A stretch of DNA of 64,000 nucleotides from Promethearchaeota archaeon (GCA_019058365.1 JAHPZE010000005.1:128001-192000); one strand, 5' to 3'; counted from the stretch's first letter, positions 1 through 11,053 are shown. Numbers and translations: made by a program. Notes: a model not told the origin generated them from the sequence alone.

Positions 1-1
1 T

Positions 2-1393
2 GATCCAACGGAATGGGGTGTTTTGTCCAATGGTACCTATACTCTGAGATTTTACGCCAACAATAGTCTTGGAAATATTAATTTTGAGGAGGTAGTCATC
101 ATAAAAGATATTTATGGAGTCTCTATTAATATCGTTAGCCCAATGGAAAATGACGTATTTGGGGCTGCTGCACCAAGTTTTATAGTAGAAATGGCGTCTT
201 TATATTTAGATACTATGTGGTATACTTTGGATGTTGTGCCAAAAAATTACATCTTTACTGTAAATGGAACAATTAATCAAACAGCATGGGGATCATTACC
301 AGACGGAGTAATTACTATTCAATTCTACGCTAATAATACATTGGGGGATATTTATTTCAAGCAAGTGAATGTTATAAAAGATACCACCGGACCAAATATC
401 AATATTGTTAGTCCCATAGAAAATGAATTATTTGGAGTTGCTGCCCCGAGTTTTACAGTAGAAATTGCAGATCCATATTTAGATGCTATGTGGTATTGGA
501 TATTTAATGACACTTATCAATCAATAAATATCACATTTACCGGCAATGGAACTATTAATCAAGCAGAGTGGAATGCCTTTTCAAATGGAATTATATCTAT
601 TAGATTTTACGCTAATGATACCATAGGAAATATGAACTTTGAAGATGTAAATGTAACAAAAGATATTTATGCAATCTTTATCGATATTATTAGTCCAATA
701 GAGAATCAGAATTTTAGAGTTATTTCACCAAGTTTTATTGTTGAGATTACATGTGCTTTTTTAAATAGCACTTGGTATAGTTTGGACAATGGATTACATA
801 ACTACATATTTACTGAGAATGGAACTATTAATCAAGAAGCATGGGATGCATTACCGGATGGAGTAGTTACTATTCAATTCTATGCTAACAACACTTTAGG
901 GGACATCAATTTCGAGCAAGTGAATGTAATAAAGGATACTTCAGATCCTATCATAGCCATTGTTAGCCCTACTGAAAATGAAGTATTTGAAGTTGAGGCT
1001 CCTGATTTCATTGTTGAAATTATGGACCCAAATTTAGATACCATGTGGTATACAGTAAATAATATGGCCTTTAAGTATATCTTCACTCAAAATAGCACAA
1101 TAAATCAAACAATATGGGACTCTCTAACGGATGGAAATGTTCTTCTTATTTTTTATGCTAATGATACTGCTGGAAATTTAGCATCTGAATATGTCATTAT
1201 TATAAAGAGTTCCCCAAGCCAAGGAGGTCAAACTGGTCCAGATACTACTTTAATTATTATAATTGTTTCAGTTATTGCGGGAATAGCAGCTGTAGGAGTA
1301 ACATTAGGAATACTCATAAAAAAAGGGAAAATTAAACTATTTTCCTTAAGGGAAAAGGATCTAATAGAACCAACACCTGAGGAAAGTCAATAA
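2..1393 (+). CDS. Cell-surface protein with tandem ~90-aa Ig-like repeats and a C-terminal TM anchor (5' partial)
   Basis: The frame is open from the window edge (DPTEWGVLSNGTY...). It has repeats of INIVSP..FG..APSF.VE...L..MWY...NGTINQ..W..L.DG...I.FYAN.T.G, many N-x-S/T sequons, and a hydrophobic helix followed by KKGK. Confidence 0.8.
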   Translation, partial: DPTEWGVLSNGTYTLRFYANNSLGNINFEEVVIIKDIYGVSINIVSPMENDVFGAAAPSFIVEMASLYLDTMWYTLDVVPKNYIFTVNGTINQTAWGSLPDGVITIQFYANNTLGDIYFKQVNVIKDTTGPNINIVSPIENELFGVAAPSFTVEIADPYLDAMWYWIFNDTYQSINITFTGNGTINQAEWNAFSNGIISIRFYANDTIGNMNFEDVNVTKDIYAIFIDIISPIENQNFRVISPSFIVEITCAFLNSTWYSLDNGLHNYIFTENGTINQEAWDALPDGVVTIQFYANNTLGDINFEQVNVIKDTSDPIIAIVSPTENEVFEVEAPDFIVEIMDPNLDTMWYTVNNMAFKYIFTQNSTINQTIWDSLTDGNVLLIFYANDTAGNLASEYVIIIKSSPSQGGQTGPDTTLIIIIVSVIAGIAAVGVTLGILIKKGKIKLFSLREKDLIEPTPEESQ

Positions 1394-1468
1394 AATTTTT
1401 TTTAAATTTATTTTTGTTAAAACCAAGCGATTAATTTAACTAATATACTACTTTTATATTTTAAATTG

Positions 1469-2686
1469 TTATTCTTCAATTATCTTTTCTTGACTTAACT
1501 TAGGCATACTATATTTCTTTAATTGAATTGTTTTGAAACCCATTATGAATGGAACTATAGCAATAGAACTAATAAGAAAACTTAGAAAATAGGGTTCAAA
1601 AAAGTTAAGCATGAATGTTCCAAGTAAAGGTCCGAGAATTTGAGCAAAACTATCTAGACCCGAGGAGTAGCCATTTATTTTTCCTTGTTCCATGGGAGAT
1701 ACTGACTGGCTTATCTTACTATTTAATGGCCCGCGAGTTAAAGATGCAGCAAAACTAATGATCATTATCAAAACAAAAAACATTACTAAATTAATAGAGA
1801 ACCCCACAAGGAAGAATGAAATAAGAAACATTGTCATACCAAGTTTAATTGCATTATTTTCCCCAAGCTTCATTATTGTTGGTTTAAACAGGGTAAACCG
1901 TACAACTGCTCGAAAAATACCCGATATCATTAAAAGAAGTCCAATCTCAAATGCATTTAATCCAAAAGCAATTTGTGCAAAAAATGAAAGTGAAGCCATA
2001 GCAATCATGAATGATGCTGTATGAAAACCCCATAGTATTAAATACCACATTGCACCTTTATTTTTTCTGATGTGAATAACAATGTTTTTCTGTAATTCAT
2101 GGTTTAATTCACGCTTTTCCTTAGGCCAAGTTTCGGGTAAAATAGAAATAGTAATTATCATAGTGAATAAAGAAAGCCCTGCTGCGAACAATCCAGGTAA
2201 TAACAAACCACCGATACTAAAAAGTGTTCCTCCTAATCCCGGACCAATAAGAGAAGCCAAAACGTGGCAAACTCCGATATTTGCCATTTGAATACTTCTA
2301 TCTTTTGGAGGTACTTCATCACCAATTACTGCTTTAGCAATAGGAAAATTTCCACCGAAGATCCCGTCAATAACTCTAGAGATTATTAACAACCATATAG
2401 AACCAGAAAATGCAAGTAATATGAATCCCGCAAACGTTCCCGCTTGTGAAATCAAAAGTAATGGTCTTCTCCCAAATTTATCACTAAGTTTTCCTAGGAT
2501 TGGCCCAAATATTAATGAAAACATCGCATTTATAGAAAGTACGATACCCATTATAAAAATTGGAATGGAAAAACTTTCCGCTATAAATGGAGCCATTGGG
2601 AGGATCATAGAAAATCCAATGATATCAATAAAAACAGCTATCCATAAAGGTGATAGATTAGGGTATTTAAAGATGGATATTTGCAT
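1469..2686 (-). CDS. MFS transporter, TetA/DHA1-like
   Basis: Motif A GKLSDKFGRRPLL, DIIGFSMILP, SRVIDGIFGGN, about 12 TM helices. Confidence 0.9.
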   Translation of the reverse strand: MQISIFKYPNLSPLWIAVFIDIIGFSMILPMAPFIAESFSIPIFIMGIVLSINAMFSLIFGPILGKLSDKFGRRPLLLISQAGTFAGFILLAFSGSIWLLIISRVIDGIFGGNFPIAKAVIGDEVPPKDRSIQMANIGVCHVLASLIGPGLGGTLFSIGGLLLPGLFAAGLSLFTMIITISILPETWPKEKRELNHELQKNIVIHIRKNKGAMWYLILWGFHTASFMIAMASLSFFAQIAFGLNAFEIGLLLMISGIFRAVVRFTLFKPTIMKLGENNAIKLGMTMFLISFFLVGFSINLVMFFVLIMIISFAASLTRGPLNSKISQSVSPMEQGKINGYSSGLDSFAQILGPLLGTFMLNFFEPYFLSFLISSIAIVPFIMGFKTIQLKKYSMPKLSQEKIIEE

Positions 2687-2847
2687 GGCTATTCTTATAC
2701 TTAAATAAAATTGAAATAACTCCTAAATTGAAAATTCAAATTAATTATTAACTTAAAAAGTTTGGATTTTATTCTATAAATAATTAAATTGGGTATTAAA
2801 AAAGAATTATAAGTAATTTTTTATATACGTTATTCAGATATATTATT

Positions 2848-3648
2848 ATGGATGGTAATAAACAGGAAAAAGAAGATAAATTAAGTTTTGAGGAAAAATT
2901 AGAGAAAACAGTTGAGCTTCCTGCTTTAGATTTTTTTAAAATTAACTTTATTAGCTTTTTGGTACCTCTTTACGTATGCTTGAGCCTTTTCTTATTATTT
3001 GAATATGGTTTCATTAATCTTTTCTCAATACCTCCAATTATTCATATTTTTACCTTACCAGTTGTTTTTTTAATCCTTTATTATATTTATCTAATTATTT
3101 TAATTGAATTTACCGCTTTGTGGGCTCGAAGTTGGAATAAAAAATCTCCTCCTAAAGAAGGTGTGTTTAAGCGTGTACTCGATGATGTGAATAGTGAGGA
3201 AGGAAAATTGATGAAATATTACCATAAAAGAGGATTTATTATCAAATATCCTATGTGGTTAACATCAAAATCACCTTTTCCTTGGCTTATTAATCGGACG
3301 CTACGTAGAATTAGCCATAACAAAATTGGTAAGAATGTTATTTATAATGATTCATATGTGGGTTTAGAATTTACTGATATTGGTGATAATTCTTTCTTTT
3401 ATCCAACCAGTAGTCTTTCTAGCCATGCAGTAAACACTATCTTCGGAAAAATTACAATGATAGAAATAAAAATAGGTGAAAATAATACATTTTATCCTGG
3501 AACAATAATGGGTTGTGGAGCTTTAAGTACAAATGATGTTGTTATATATCCAAATACAGTTTTACATAAAAATTGGAGAGGTAAACCGGGAAAATTATAC
3601 TACCAAGGCAGTCCAGGAAGACCTATAGATGAAGAATATAAAAGTTAA
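2848..3648 (+). CDS. Membrane-bound hexapeptide-repeat (left-handed beta-helix) acyltransferase-like protein
   Basis: Two N-terminal TM segments, then KIGKNV/DIGDNS/KIGENN hexapeptides and a terminal YQGSPGRPI motif. Confidence 0.65.
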   Translation: MDGNKQEKEDKLSFEEKLEKTVELPALDFFKINFISFLVPLYVCLSLFLLFEYGFINLFSIPPIIHIFTLPVVFLILYYIYLIILIEFTALWARSWNKKSPPKEGVFKRVLDDVNSEEGKLMKYYHKRGFIIKYPMWLTSKSPFPWLINRTLRRISHNKIGKNVIYNDSYVGLEFTDIGDNSFFYPTSSLSSHAVNTIFGKITMIEIKIGENNTFYPGTIMGCGALSTNDVVIYPNTVLHKNWRGKPGKLYYQGSPGRPIDEEYKS

Positions 3649-3777
3649 TTATTGCTTTTACAATATTTATTCCTTTATTTTTCAAATTTTTCAAGATTCA
3701 CAAACATTTATTAATAATTTTAGTGCATATTTTTAAATGGATGTAAATTTTTAAAAAAATACTTGTGTGGATTTACT

Positions 3778-5538
3778 ATGAATGTACTCAAATTTTCTGT
3801 TGATGATAATAAACCTTGGTTTAAAAAATATCAAAAGGGAGTTCCAAAACACCCTGAATTTCCAGTTATTAGCCTAGGCGACTGGTTTGATCAAAAAACA
3901 GATGAAAACGCAAAAAATAAAGCAATTTGGTTTTCGAAGACATTTTTAACTTATCGAGTTTTAAGAAAGTATACAGATTCTTTCGCTACGTCATTGTCCA
4001 GATTAGGAGTAAAAAAAGGTGACGTAATTGCCATTCTTTTACCTAATTGTTTTCAATTTACAATTGGATATTTCGCTACTGTTAAGCTGGGGGGAATCGT
4101 AATCCCACTAAATCCAACATATAAACCTATAGAGATTCTCCATGTCCTCGAACAGGTAAAACCGAAGGGGCTTTTGTGTATGGATGTTATGTATGGTCTA
4201 ATAAAACCTATACAAGAAAAATATAAATTTGATTTTGTTATTTCCACTTGTATAATCGATTTAGCAGCTATTCCTCCTGCTGTTAAAGAACAGTTAATTG
4301 CGGACGGAACAATTCCTAAAGGCGAAGTTCCTGGAGCTATAAATTTCTTAGACGTATGTCAAAAACGTGGAGAAGTCGATATTCCTGAAGTAGAAATTGA
4401 TCCTTTAAATGATACCGCTGTTTACTTAATGACGGGTGGCACTACAGGTGTACCAAAACCTGCAGTTCTCACACATTATAATTGTGTTACGAATGCTAAG
4501 CAAAATGTGATGTGGATGCCTGATGCAGACCATCCAATGGCATGTATAGGAATAATACCTATGTTCCATGCATTCGGAATGACCATCGTTCAGAACGTTG
4601 TTATTGAAGGAGGAGATTATAATATATTATTCGCTAAACGGGAACTTATATTAAAAGAAGTTGTTGATACAATATTGGAAGTAGGACCGGAAAACGGAGT
4701 AATTCTACCTGGTGTGGAAAATTTTTTTATTGGTTTAACTCGCTACTTAAAAGAAAATCCAGAACCTCGACTCAAGGATATGTTTAGATTATGCGTAAGT
4801 GGAGCAGGACCATTACATAAGCCTGTAAAGGATGCTTTTGAAGCGATTAGTGGTGGTAGACTAGTTGAAGCATATGGTCTTACAGAATGCACAACTGCAG
4901 TGAGTGTCGGGCCTTTTGATGGGACAGATACACCTGGGACAATTGGATTACCATATCCCGGAGTTGATTGGGCTATTTTTAATAGTGAAGATTTTAGTAA
5001 AGGCCCATTGGAAGGTTATGGAATTGATTATACAGGTGAAATTTGTGTTTGTGGTCCACAGGTAATGAAAGGCTATTTGAACAGACCCGAAGCTACAGCT
5101 GAAACTCTTCGGGAGTGGGATGGTCGGATTTGGTGTTTAACTGGAGATATCGGTTATATGGACGAAATGGGTCAAATGGTTATTCGCGACAGGAAGAAGC
5201 AGATGATTAAATATAAAGGTTATTCAGTATTTCCAAAGGAGGTAGAAGAATTACTAGGAATTCATCCAGATGTTCTTGAAGTAGCAGTTGCCGGTTTACC
5301 AGATCCCGAAACAGGTGAAATGGTTAAAGCATGGGTACAGTTAAATGATGATTCAAAAGGTAAAATTGACTCTGATGGTTTAATTGCATGGTGTAAAGAT
5401 AATATTACTCATTATAAGTGTCCGAAACAAATAGAAATTATCGAGGAAATCCCCAAATCTATGGTAGGTAAGGTGCAGAGAAGAATTTTACAAATTAAAG
5501 ATCCGATATGGATAAAGAAATATGGAGAGATAGAATAA
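3778..5538 (+). CDS. Long-chain fatty acid--CoA ligase (AMP-forming)
   Basis: TGGTTGVPK P-loop, YGLTE, TGDIG and PKSMVGK motifs. ATG at 3778 is preferred over TTG at 3763. Confidence 0.9.
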   Translation: MNVLKFSVDDNKPWFKKYQKGVPKHPEFPVISLGDWFDQKTDENAKNKAIWFSKTFLTYRVLRKYTDSFATSLSRLGVKKGDVIAILLPNCFQFTIGYFATVKLGGIVIPLNPTYKPIEILHVLEQVKPKGLLCMDVMYGLIKPIQEKYKFDFVISTCIIDLAAIPPAVKEQLIADGTIPKGEVPGAINFLDVCQKRGEVDIPEVEIDPLNDTAVYLMTGGTTGVPKPAVLTHYNCVTNAKQNVMWMPDADHPMACIGIIPMFHAFGMTIVQNVVIEGGDYNILFAKRELILKEVVDTILEVGPENGVILPGVENFFIGLTRYLKENPEPRLKDMFRLCVSGAGPLHKPVKDAFEAISGGRLVEAYGLTECTTAVSVGPFDGTDTPGTIGLPYPGVDWAIFNSEDFSKGPLEGYGIDYTGEICVCGPQVMKGYLNRPEATAETLREWDGRIWCLTGDIGYMDEMGQMVIRDRKKQMIKYKGYSVFPKEVEELLGIHPDVLEVAVAGLPDPETGEMVKAWVQLNDDSKGKIDSDGLIAWCKDNITHYKCPKQIEIIEEIPKSMVGKVQRRILQIKDPIWIKKYGEIE

Positions 5539-5620
5539 ATTTAATTAATAATTTTCCTATTCTTTTTTGTTTTATACATTTTTCCAATATTATAAATTAA
5601 ATGAAATTATATTGAATGTT

Positions 5621-6439
5621 ATGAATATATTAGCTATTTTTGCACATCCAGATGACACAACATTTTCTTGTTCTGGTACTTTAGCTAGATGGGCAGAAGA
5701 GGGTCACTCTATTTATGCTTTATGTTGTACAAAAGGAGAAGTTGGCACACTAAGGAGAGAATTAACAAAAAAACAAGTTGCAGAAAAACGTATGAAAGAA
5801 TTAATGGCTGCTAATCTTATAATAGGTGTGGAAGAGACAATTGTATTAGATTATCCTGACGCAGGATTTATCAATGGACCTGAATTACGTGAAAAACTGG
5901 TTTTCCACGTAAGAAAAACTGAAGCAGATCGAGTAGTTACATTTGATCCTTGGGTAAATTATGAAATTCATCCTGATCATGTTGTAGTAGGAAGAATGGC
6001 AGCAGAAGCAGCAGCATTCTCAGCATTTCCGTTGTTATATTCCGATCAGTTAAAAGAAGGGATAGAACCATATAATTGTTCTGAGGTGTGGTTAATGGGA
6101 CAATTAGGACATTCACCCAACTATTTTGTAGATATCTCCACAACTCTTGAAAAAAAAGTTAAGGCTGCATTAAAATTTGAAGCAACCCTCGAACTATTAG
6201 CTCACTTGTTTGCCCCTAATATAGATCCCGCAAATGTATCTGAAGATGAATTAAAAAAGCTTACCAAGTATGCGAATAGGCTACTACGTTCCATGGCTTC
6301 TGCAATAGGTAAAAATATCAATTTGAAAGCAGCTGAAGCTTTCTACGTACAAAAAACTTTACCTGGGCATTTCGATAATTTCCAACAACAAATGTCAGAA
6401 ATGTTAGGAAATCCTCCTGAACCCCCAAAAATCTTATAA
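5621..6439 (+). CDS. PIG-L/LmbE family deacetylase
   Basis: AHPDD and HPDH metal-binding motifs, TKGE. ATG at 5621. Confidence 0.85.
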   Translation: MNILAIFAHPDDTTFSCSGTLARWAEEGHSIYALCCTKGEVGTLRRELTKKQVAEKRMKELMAANLIIGVEETIVLDYPDAGFINGPELREKLVFHVRKTEADRVVTFDPWVNYEIHPDHVVVGRMAAEAAAFSAFPLLYSDQLKEGIEPYNCSEVWLMGQLGHSPNYFVDISTTLEKKVKAALKFEATLELLAHLFAPNIDPANVSEDELKKLTKYANRLLRSMASAIGKNINLKAAEAFYVQKTLPGHFDNFQQQMSEMLGNPPEPPKIL

Positions 6440-6543
6440 TTTTTTTTTTGAACTAAATTCTTTTTTAAATCTTTATATAGATCATAATTCAACTATTATT
6501 GAAACTTCTACTAAATTTAAAAATAACAATAAAGTGATAACAA

Positions 6544-7923
6544 ATGAGTAAGGAATACAAAACACCTTCGATTCTTAATATTTTGTCTTATAGCTCTTCA
6601 GGCTTCTGGAGTATGATGTTATGGACGGTTTTTGGATCTTATGTATTTTTCTTCTACGAAAGGGTTCTAGGTTTGGAAACAATTTATATCTTTCTTGCGA
6701 TGTTAATTTTTACCTTATGGGATGCTATAGACGACCCACTCCTTGGTTTCTTAACAGATCGAAATACCAAATTCACAAAAAAAATAGGAAAACGATTTCC
6801 TTGGATAGTTATAGGTATTATACCTGCAACATTTTTATTCGCTTTGCTATTTATGCCTCCTGTTACTAATGCTGCTACAAATCCATTACCTGTTTTTGGA
6901 TGGGTAGTTTTAATGACTTGTTTATTTGATTCTCTAACATCACTCGCTTTTGTTAATGTTGACAGTCTTTTTTATGATAAATTTCGCACGGGCGAAGCAA
7001 TGAGAAAAGCAAGAGGGTGGGGTACACCATTATCTATGTTAGCACTACCGGTAGCATCTATTATACCACCTTTATTAATATCTTATGCTGTTGCATCTAC
7101 ATATATTTTCATGGCATGGATTTTTGTAGCTATAGCGGCAACAATAGTAATTGTACTACTACCTGGTATGTATGAAAATGCTGAGTTGAAAGAACGATAT
7201 TATATAGGAGAATATAGACGACCTAATTTTATCTCAGAATTGAAATTATCTCTTAAGCAAAAGAGTTTTATAACATATATTATTCTATTCTTTGGATTTC
7301 AAATAGTAACAGGTTCTTTGACAGCAACTATTCCATATGCGGCAGAATTTCTATTAGGTGGTCCTGAATGGTGGATGATATTGTTATTTGCTCCATTTCT
7401 CCAGTTTGCAATCTTCGGTGTACCTTTTTGGATCTGGTTTGCCAAGAGAATGAAGAATAACAAGAAAACGGCTGTGATTGGAGGGATAGTTTTATGCATA
7501 TCAGCATTTATTACGCCATTTTTTACAGGATTAATCGACTCAATGATCTATATGTCGATTTTGGGTTTTATGATGGCAAACTTTTGGGCTCTTATGACAA
7601 TTTATTTTTCAGATGTCTTGCAAGAAAGAATGCTCAAAACACGTTCTCCTATAAGAGGTACAGCTGTTGGAGTTCAATCATTCTTCTCAAGATTATCCCG
7701 TGGTGTTCAGCTTGGTATATTTGCAATAGTTCATATTCTCACTGAATTTCAGGAAGGTTCATCTACTCAAACAGGATTAGCTAAGATTGGTATACGTTTA
7801 CATATGGGTATAATCCCCGCAATTATCTTGGCAATATGTGTTCTAATATTCTATCTAAAGCATCCACTAACACCAGAAATAATGCAGGACATTCAAAGGC
7901 AATTGAAAGAAGTGGGATTTTAA
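6544..7923 (+). CDS. MFS transporter, glycoside-pentoside-hexuronide (MelB/MFSD2-like) family
   Basis: WDAIDDPLLGFLTDR...GKRFPW motif and about 12 TM helices. Confidence 0.85.
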   Translation: MSKEYKTPSILNILSYSSSGFWSMMLWTVFGSYVFFFYERVLGLETIYIFLAMLIFTLWDAIDDPLLGFLTDRNTKFTKKIGKRFPWIVIGIIPATFLFALLFMPPVTNAATNPLPVFGWVVLMTCLFDSLTSLAFVNVDSLFYDKFRTGEAMRKARGWGTPLSMLALPVASIIPPLLISYAVASTYIFMAWIFVAIAATIVIVLLPGMYENAELKERYYIGEYRRPNFISELKLSLKQKSFITYIILFFGFQIVTGSLTATIPYAAEFLLGGPEWWMILLFAPFLQFAIFGVPFWIWFAKRMKNNKKTAVIGGIVLCISAFITPFFTGLIDSMIYMSILGFMMANFWALMTIYFSDVLQERMLKTRSPIRGTAVGVQSFFSRLSRGVQLGIFAIVHILTEFQEGSSTQTGLAKIGIRLHMGIIPAIILAICVLIFYLKHPLTPEIMQDIQRQLKEVGF

Positions 7924-8042
7924 ACTCAATTAATTAAAATCTTTTTTTTTATAATATTTTTTTAAAGTACACATACATTCTATACCACATAATATAATTT
8001 TTTTTATATACTTTATAGCTCTAATTGATAAGAGGGATACTA

Positions 8043-9464
8043 ATGAAAGTAGAAATACTTGATCGGTTGGAAATTGATGAGATACATGAAAATTCACTTA
8101 AAATTCTTGAGAATGTTGGTATTAATGTTCCACATAAAGAGGTTTTAAAACGCTTTGATAATATAGGGGCAAGTGTAGATTTTAAGAATCAATTGGTCAA
8201 ATTACCTCAAAATTTAGTTAACGAGCTTATCTCAAAAGCTGGAAAAATTTTTACCATACATGGTCGAGATCTTTCAAGAAAGGCTGAATTCGGAGTCAAG
8301 AAACGAAATTATAATACAACTGCTGGTCAAGCATTCTGGATTGATAATCCTGGTGATGAAAGAAGGTATTCCACCTTAAATGATATTTCTACTGCTGTGA
8401 GATTTTCTGATATTTTGAATCAAATTACAATTCCAGGAGCTATGGCTGATCCGCATGAAATTCCAGTCGAATGGCGCTGTGTGAAAGTAGCTACTGAAAT
8501 GATAAAAAATACTACTAAACCAATTTATTTTTGGTTTTATGATAGAGCTTCAACGAAATTTTTAGTGAAAATTGCAATATCTCTGAGAGGAGATGAAAAA
8601 AAGGCAATTAAATATCCTCTAACTTTCCCTCTTTTTGAACCAGTGAGTCCACTAAGTTTTCCTTTTAATGGTATTGATCTATTATTCGAGACTGCTCGGC
8701 TCAATATGCCAGTTATGATTGGTCCAATGGCTCAGATGGGCATAACGGCACCAGCTACGATTGCTGGAACTTTAGTGCAAGAAAATGCTGAAATTTTAGC
8801 GGGTATATGCATTACTCAACTTATTAGAGAAGGAATTCCCGTGTGCTATGGTGGTATATGTCATGCTTTTGACATGAAGAAAATACAAATGATTTTTTCA
8901 GGTCCAGAACAAGCAATATTCAGTATTGCAATGGCTCAGATGGGAAAATATTATGGGTTTCCAGTCTATCTAAATGTAGGACTCACTGATTCAAAAATAC
9001 CCGATGCCCAAGCAGGTCTAGAATGTGGATTAACATTAGCTATGGGAGCTGCTGCAGGAGCTGATATTTTTGGACACATGGGAATTTCCGGAGTTGATCA
9101 AGCAAGTTCACTAGATATGCTTATTATGCAGTCAGAAATGATTTCTTATGTAGAGAGCCTTAATCGAGACATAATTTTTGATGAGGATACCTTTGCTTTA
9201 GATATTATCCAAGAAGTGGAACCAAAAGGTTCTTTTCTTGAAAAATCCCACACTCGTAAGCATTTTAGAAAAGAATTATGGTTTCCTTCATTATTAAATA
9301 GGGATATTTATGATGTTTGGAGAGATAAAGGAGGAAAAAGTATGGAAAAGCATTGTCAGGAACGCAAGGAGGAAATATTAGCATCTCATGAACCTCAACC
9401 ACTCGATGCCGATGTTTTACGAGATCTAAATAAAATTGTCCAAGATGCAAAAAAAGTACTCTAA
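8043..9464 (+). CDS. MttB-superfamily methyltransferase without pyrrolysine (probable quaternary amine:corrinoid methyltransferase)
   Basis: PVSPL, APATIAGTLVQENAEILAG and GLTDSKIPDAQAGLE motifs. No in-frame TAG; Leu (CTC) sits at the approximate Pyl position. Confidence 0.85.
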   Translation: MKVEILDRLEIDEIHENSLKILENVGINVPHKEVLKRFDNIGASVDFKNQLVKLPQNLVNELISKAGKIFTIHGRDLSRKAEFGVKKRNYNTTAGQAFWIDNPGDERRYSTLNDISTAVRFSDILNQITIPGAMADPHEIPVEWRCVKVATEMIKNTTKPIYFWFYDRASTKFLVKIAISLRGDEKKAIKYPLTFPLFEPVSPLSFPFNGIDLLFETARLNMPVMIGPMAQMGITAPATIAGTLVQENAEILAGICITQLIREGIPVCYGGICHAFDMKKIQMIFSGPEQAIFSIAMAQMGKYYGFPVYLNVGLTDSKIPDAQAGLECGLTLAMGAAAGADIFGHMGISGVDQASSLDMLIMQSEMISYVESLNRDIIFDEDTFALDIIQEVEPKGSFLEKSHTRKHFRKELWFPSLLNRDIYDVWRDKGGKSMEKHCQERKEEILASHEPQPLDADVLRDLNKIVQDAKKVL

Positions 9465-9502
9465 AAATCAGATTAACTAGAAGTTATGAATAGGCTTTAA
9501 AA

Positions 9503-10999
9503 TTATTTCTTAGGAAATTTTCCATGCTTTTGTAAGAATTCTCTATAAGAATTTATTTTATCTAAAACAGCTCCAGTTAATTCCAAACTTTCAAATACTG
9601 GCACATTACGATTTAAAAGTTTTAATTTGAATTTATACCGGCTTTTATATTCTTCAAAACCTTCATTAATTTTAAGCATAACACAATACATTGGTTTTGT
9701 GCAGATTCTTTTTGCTTTAGATATATACCTGATAAATTCTTTATTAAGATCCATGTCTTTATAGCCCATTTCTTCTAATAACTCTTGAAAACTTCCAAAT
9801 CTTTCAGGATCTTTTATAAAAACGGTTGCTGAGATATTTGGATCTTTATCTAAAGCCAAAATAGTTCGATAATAGATATTAGGTTGTATACCAGCACTAC
9901 CGAGATCAAGGGGGTTTGTAATATTTGTATTTACATCCGGTAAAAACCTATTCATTTTATTAATGGTTTTTTCTGTTAAACTGGGTATTTTTAAGTTGTA
10001 TTTTTCAAGTATATCTATTGCTTCGATCGTGGAACCTCCACCAATTCCAATAATGCCCACATTACGAGTTTCTGGTAAATGGGTTAAATTGAAGCCTGAT
10101 GCTAATGCAGTAAGTTCATTTGAATTGTTAACTACACAACTGCCTGTTTGTTTACCAACAGCTTTCCAGATTTCATTTTTCCCGGCTAGACCCCCAGTAT
10201 GAGATAGAATTGCTTTTTTCGTTGCTTCTCCATATCCCGCTCTCCAAAGTATCACCGGTTTCCTATTTAAATTGCATTTTTTGATCATTCTCATAAATTT
10301 TCTTCCCTGATTTATGGATCTTAAGTTTTCAATATATAATCCAATGATTTTTGTGTACTCATCATCCAGAAAATATTCTAAAAAATCTGCGGGAGATAGA
10401 TCTAAAGCGTTCCCAATTGATATAAATTTAGAGACATATAACCCATAAGAGACTGCTAAATGAGATAAATTTTGAGCAATCCCGCCTGATTGAAAAACCC
10501 CGCTAAAATTCCCTGCTTTTTTAGATTGTTCAAAAGCAAAATATAATCCTGCTCTAGGATTATAAACCCCAATACAATTTGGTCCGATAATTCTAATATT
10601 ATACTGTTTGGCAATATCTAAAATCTCTTTTTCTAGATTTTCATTTCCTACCTCACGAAAACCCGAAGCAAAAACAGTCACAAAAGGTACACTTTTTTGA
10701 CCGATTTCTTCCATTAGTATAGGACATAACCGAGCAGGAACGGCTAAGATCACATAATCAATTGGTTCAGTTATCTCTAAAATAGAAGCATAAATTTTAT
10801 ATCCATATAAATTCTGACCATTTAACCGTGGATTAAATAAATAAATCGGTCCTTTAAATCTATTTTTCATACATCGTAGAAAAAAGCCCCCACTACCGGG
10901 ATCACTACTAACTCCGATTATTCCAATAGACTTAGGAAAAAATAATTTGTCAAAATTAATATTTTGGGCGGATTCTATAGTAGACATGTTAAAATACAT
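9503..10999 (-). CDS. ADP-forming acyl-CoA synthetase, alpha subunit
   Basis: CoA-binding N-terminus, GPNCIG, QSGG, SIGNALD, SHTGGLAG (phospho-His) and NPLDL motifs. Confidence 0.85.
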   Translation of the reverse strand: MYFNMSTIESAQNINFDKLFFPKSIGIIGVSSDPGSGGFFLRCMKNRFKGPIYLFNPRLNGQNLYGYKIYASILEITEPIDYVILAVPARLCPILMEEIGQKSVPFVTVFASGFREVGNENLEKEILDIAKQYNIRIIGPNCIGVYNPRAGLYFAFEQSKKAGNFSGVFQSGGIAQNLSHLAVSYGLYVSKFISIGNALDLSPADFLEYFLDDEYTKIIGLYIENLRSINQGRKFMRMIKKCNLNRKPVILWRAGYGEATKKAILSHTGGLAGKNEIWKAVGKQTGSCVVNNSNELTALASGFNLTHLPETRNVGIIGIGGGSTIEAIDILEKYNLKIPSLTEKTINKMNRFLPDVNTNITNPLDLGSAGIQPNIYYRTILALDKDPNISATVFIKDPERFGSFQELLEEMGYKDMDLNKEFIRYISKAKRICTKPMYCVMLKINEGFEEYKSRYKFKLKLLNRNVPVFESLELTGAVLDKINSYREFLQKHGKFPKK

Positions 11000-11053
11000 A
11001 TAAAATAGATAACTTAATTATAGAGAATAATAACTCTGAACTAAAATACTTTA

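Noticed and set aside
8043-9464. Pyrrolysine-containing trimethylamine methyltransferase
   Set aside because: No in-frame amber codon; the frame is uninterrupted.
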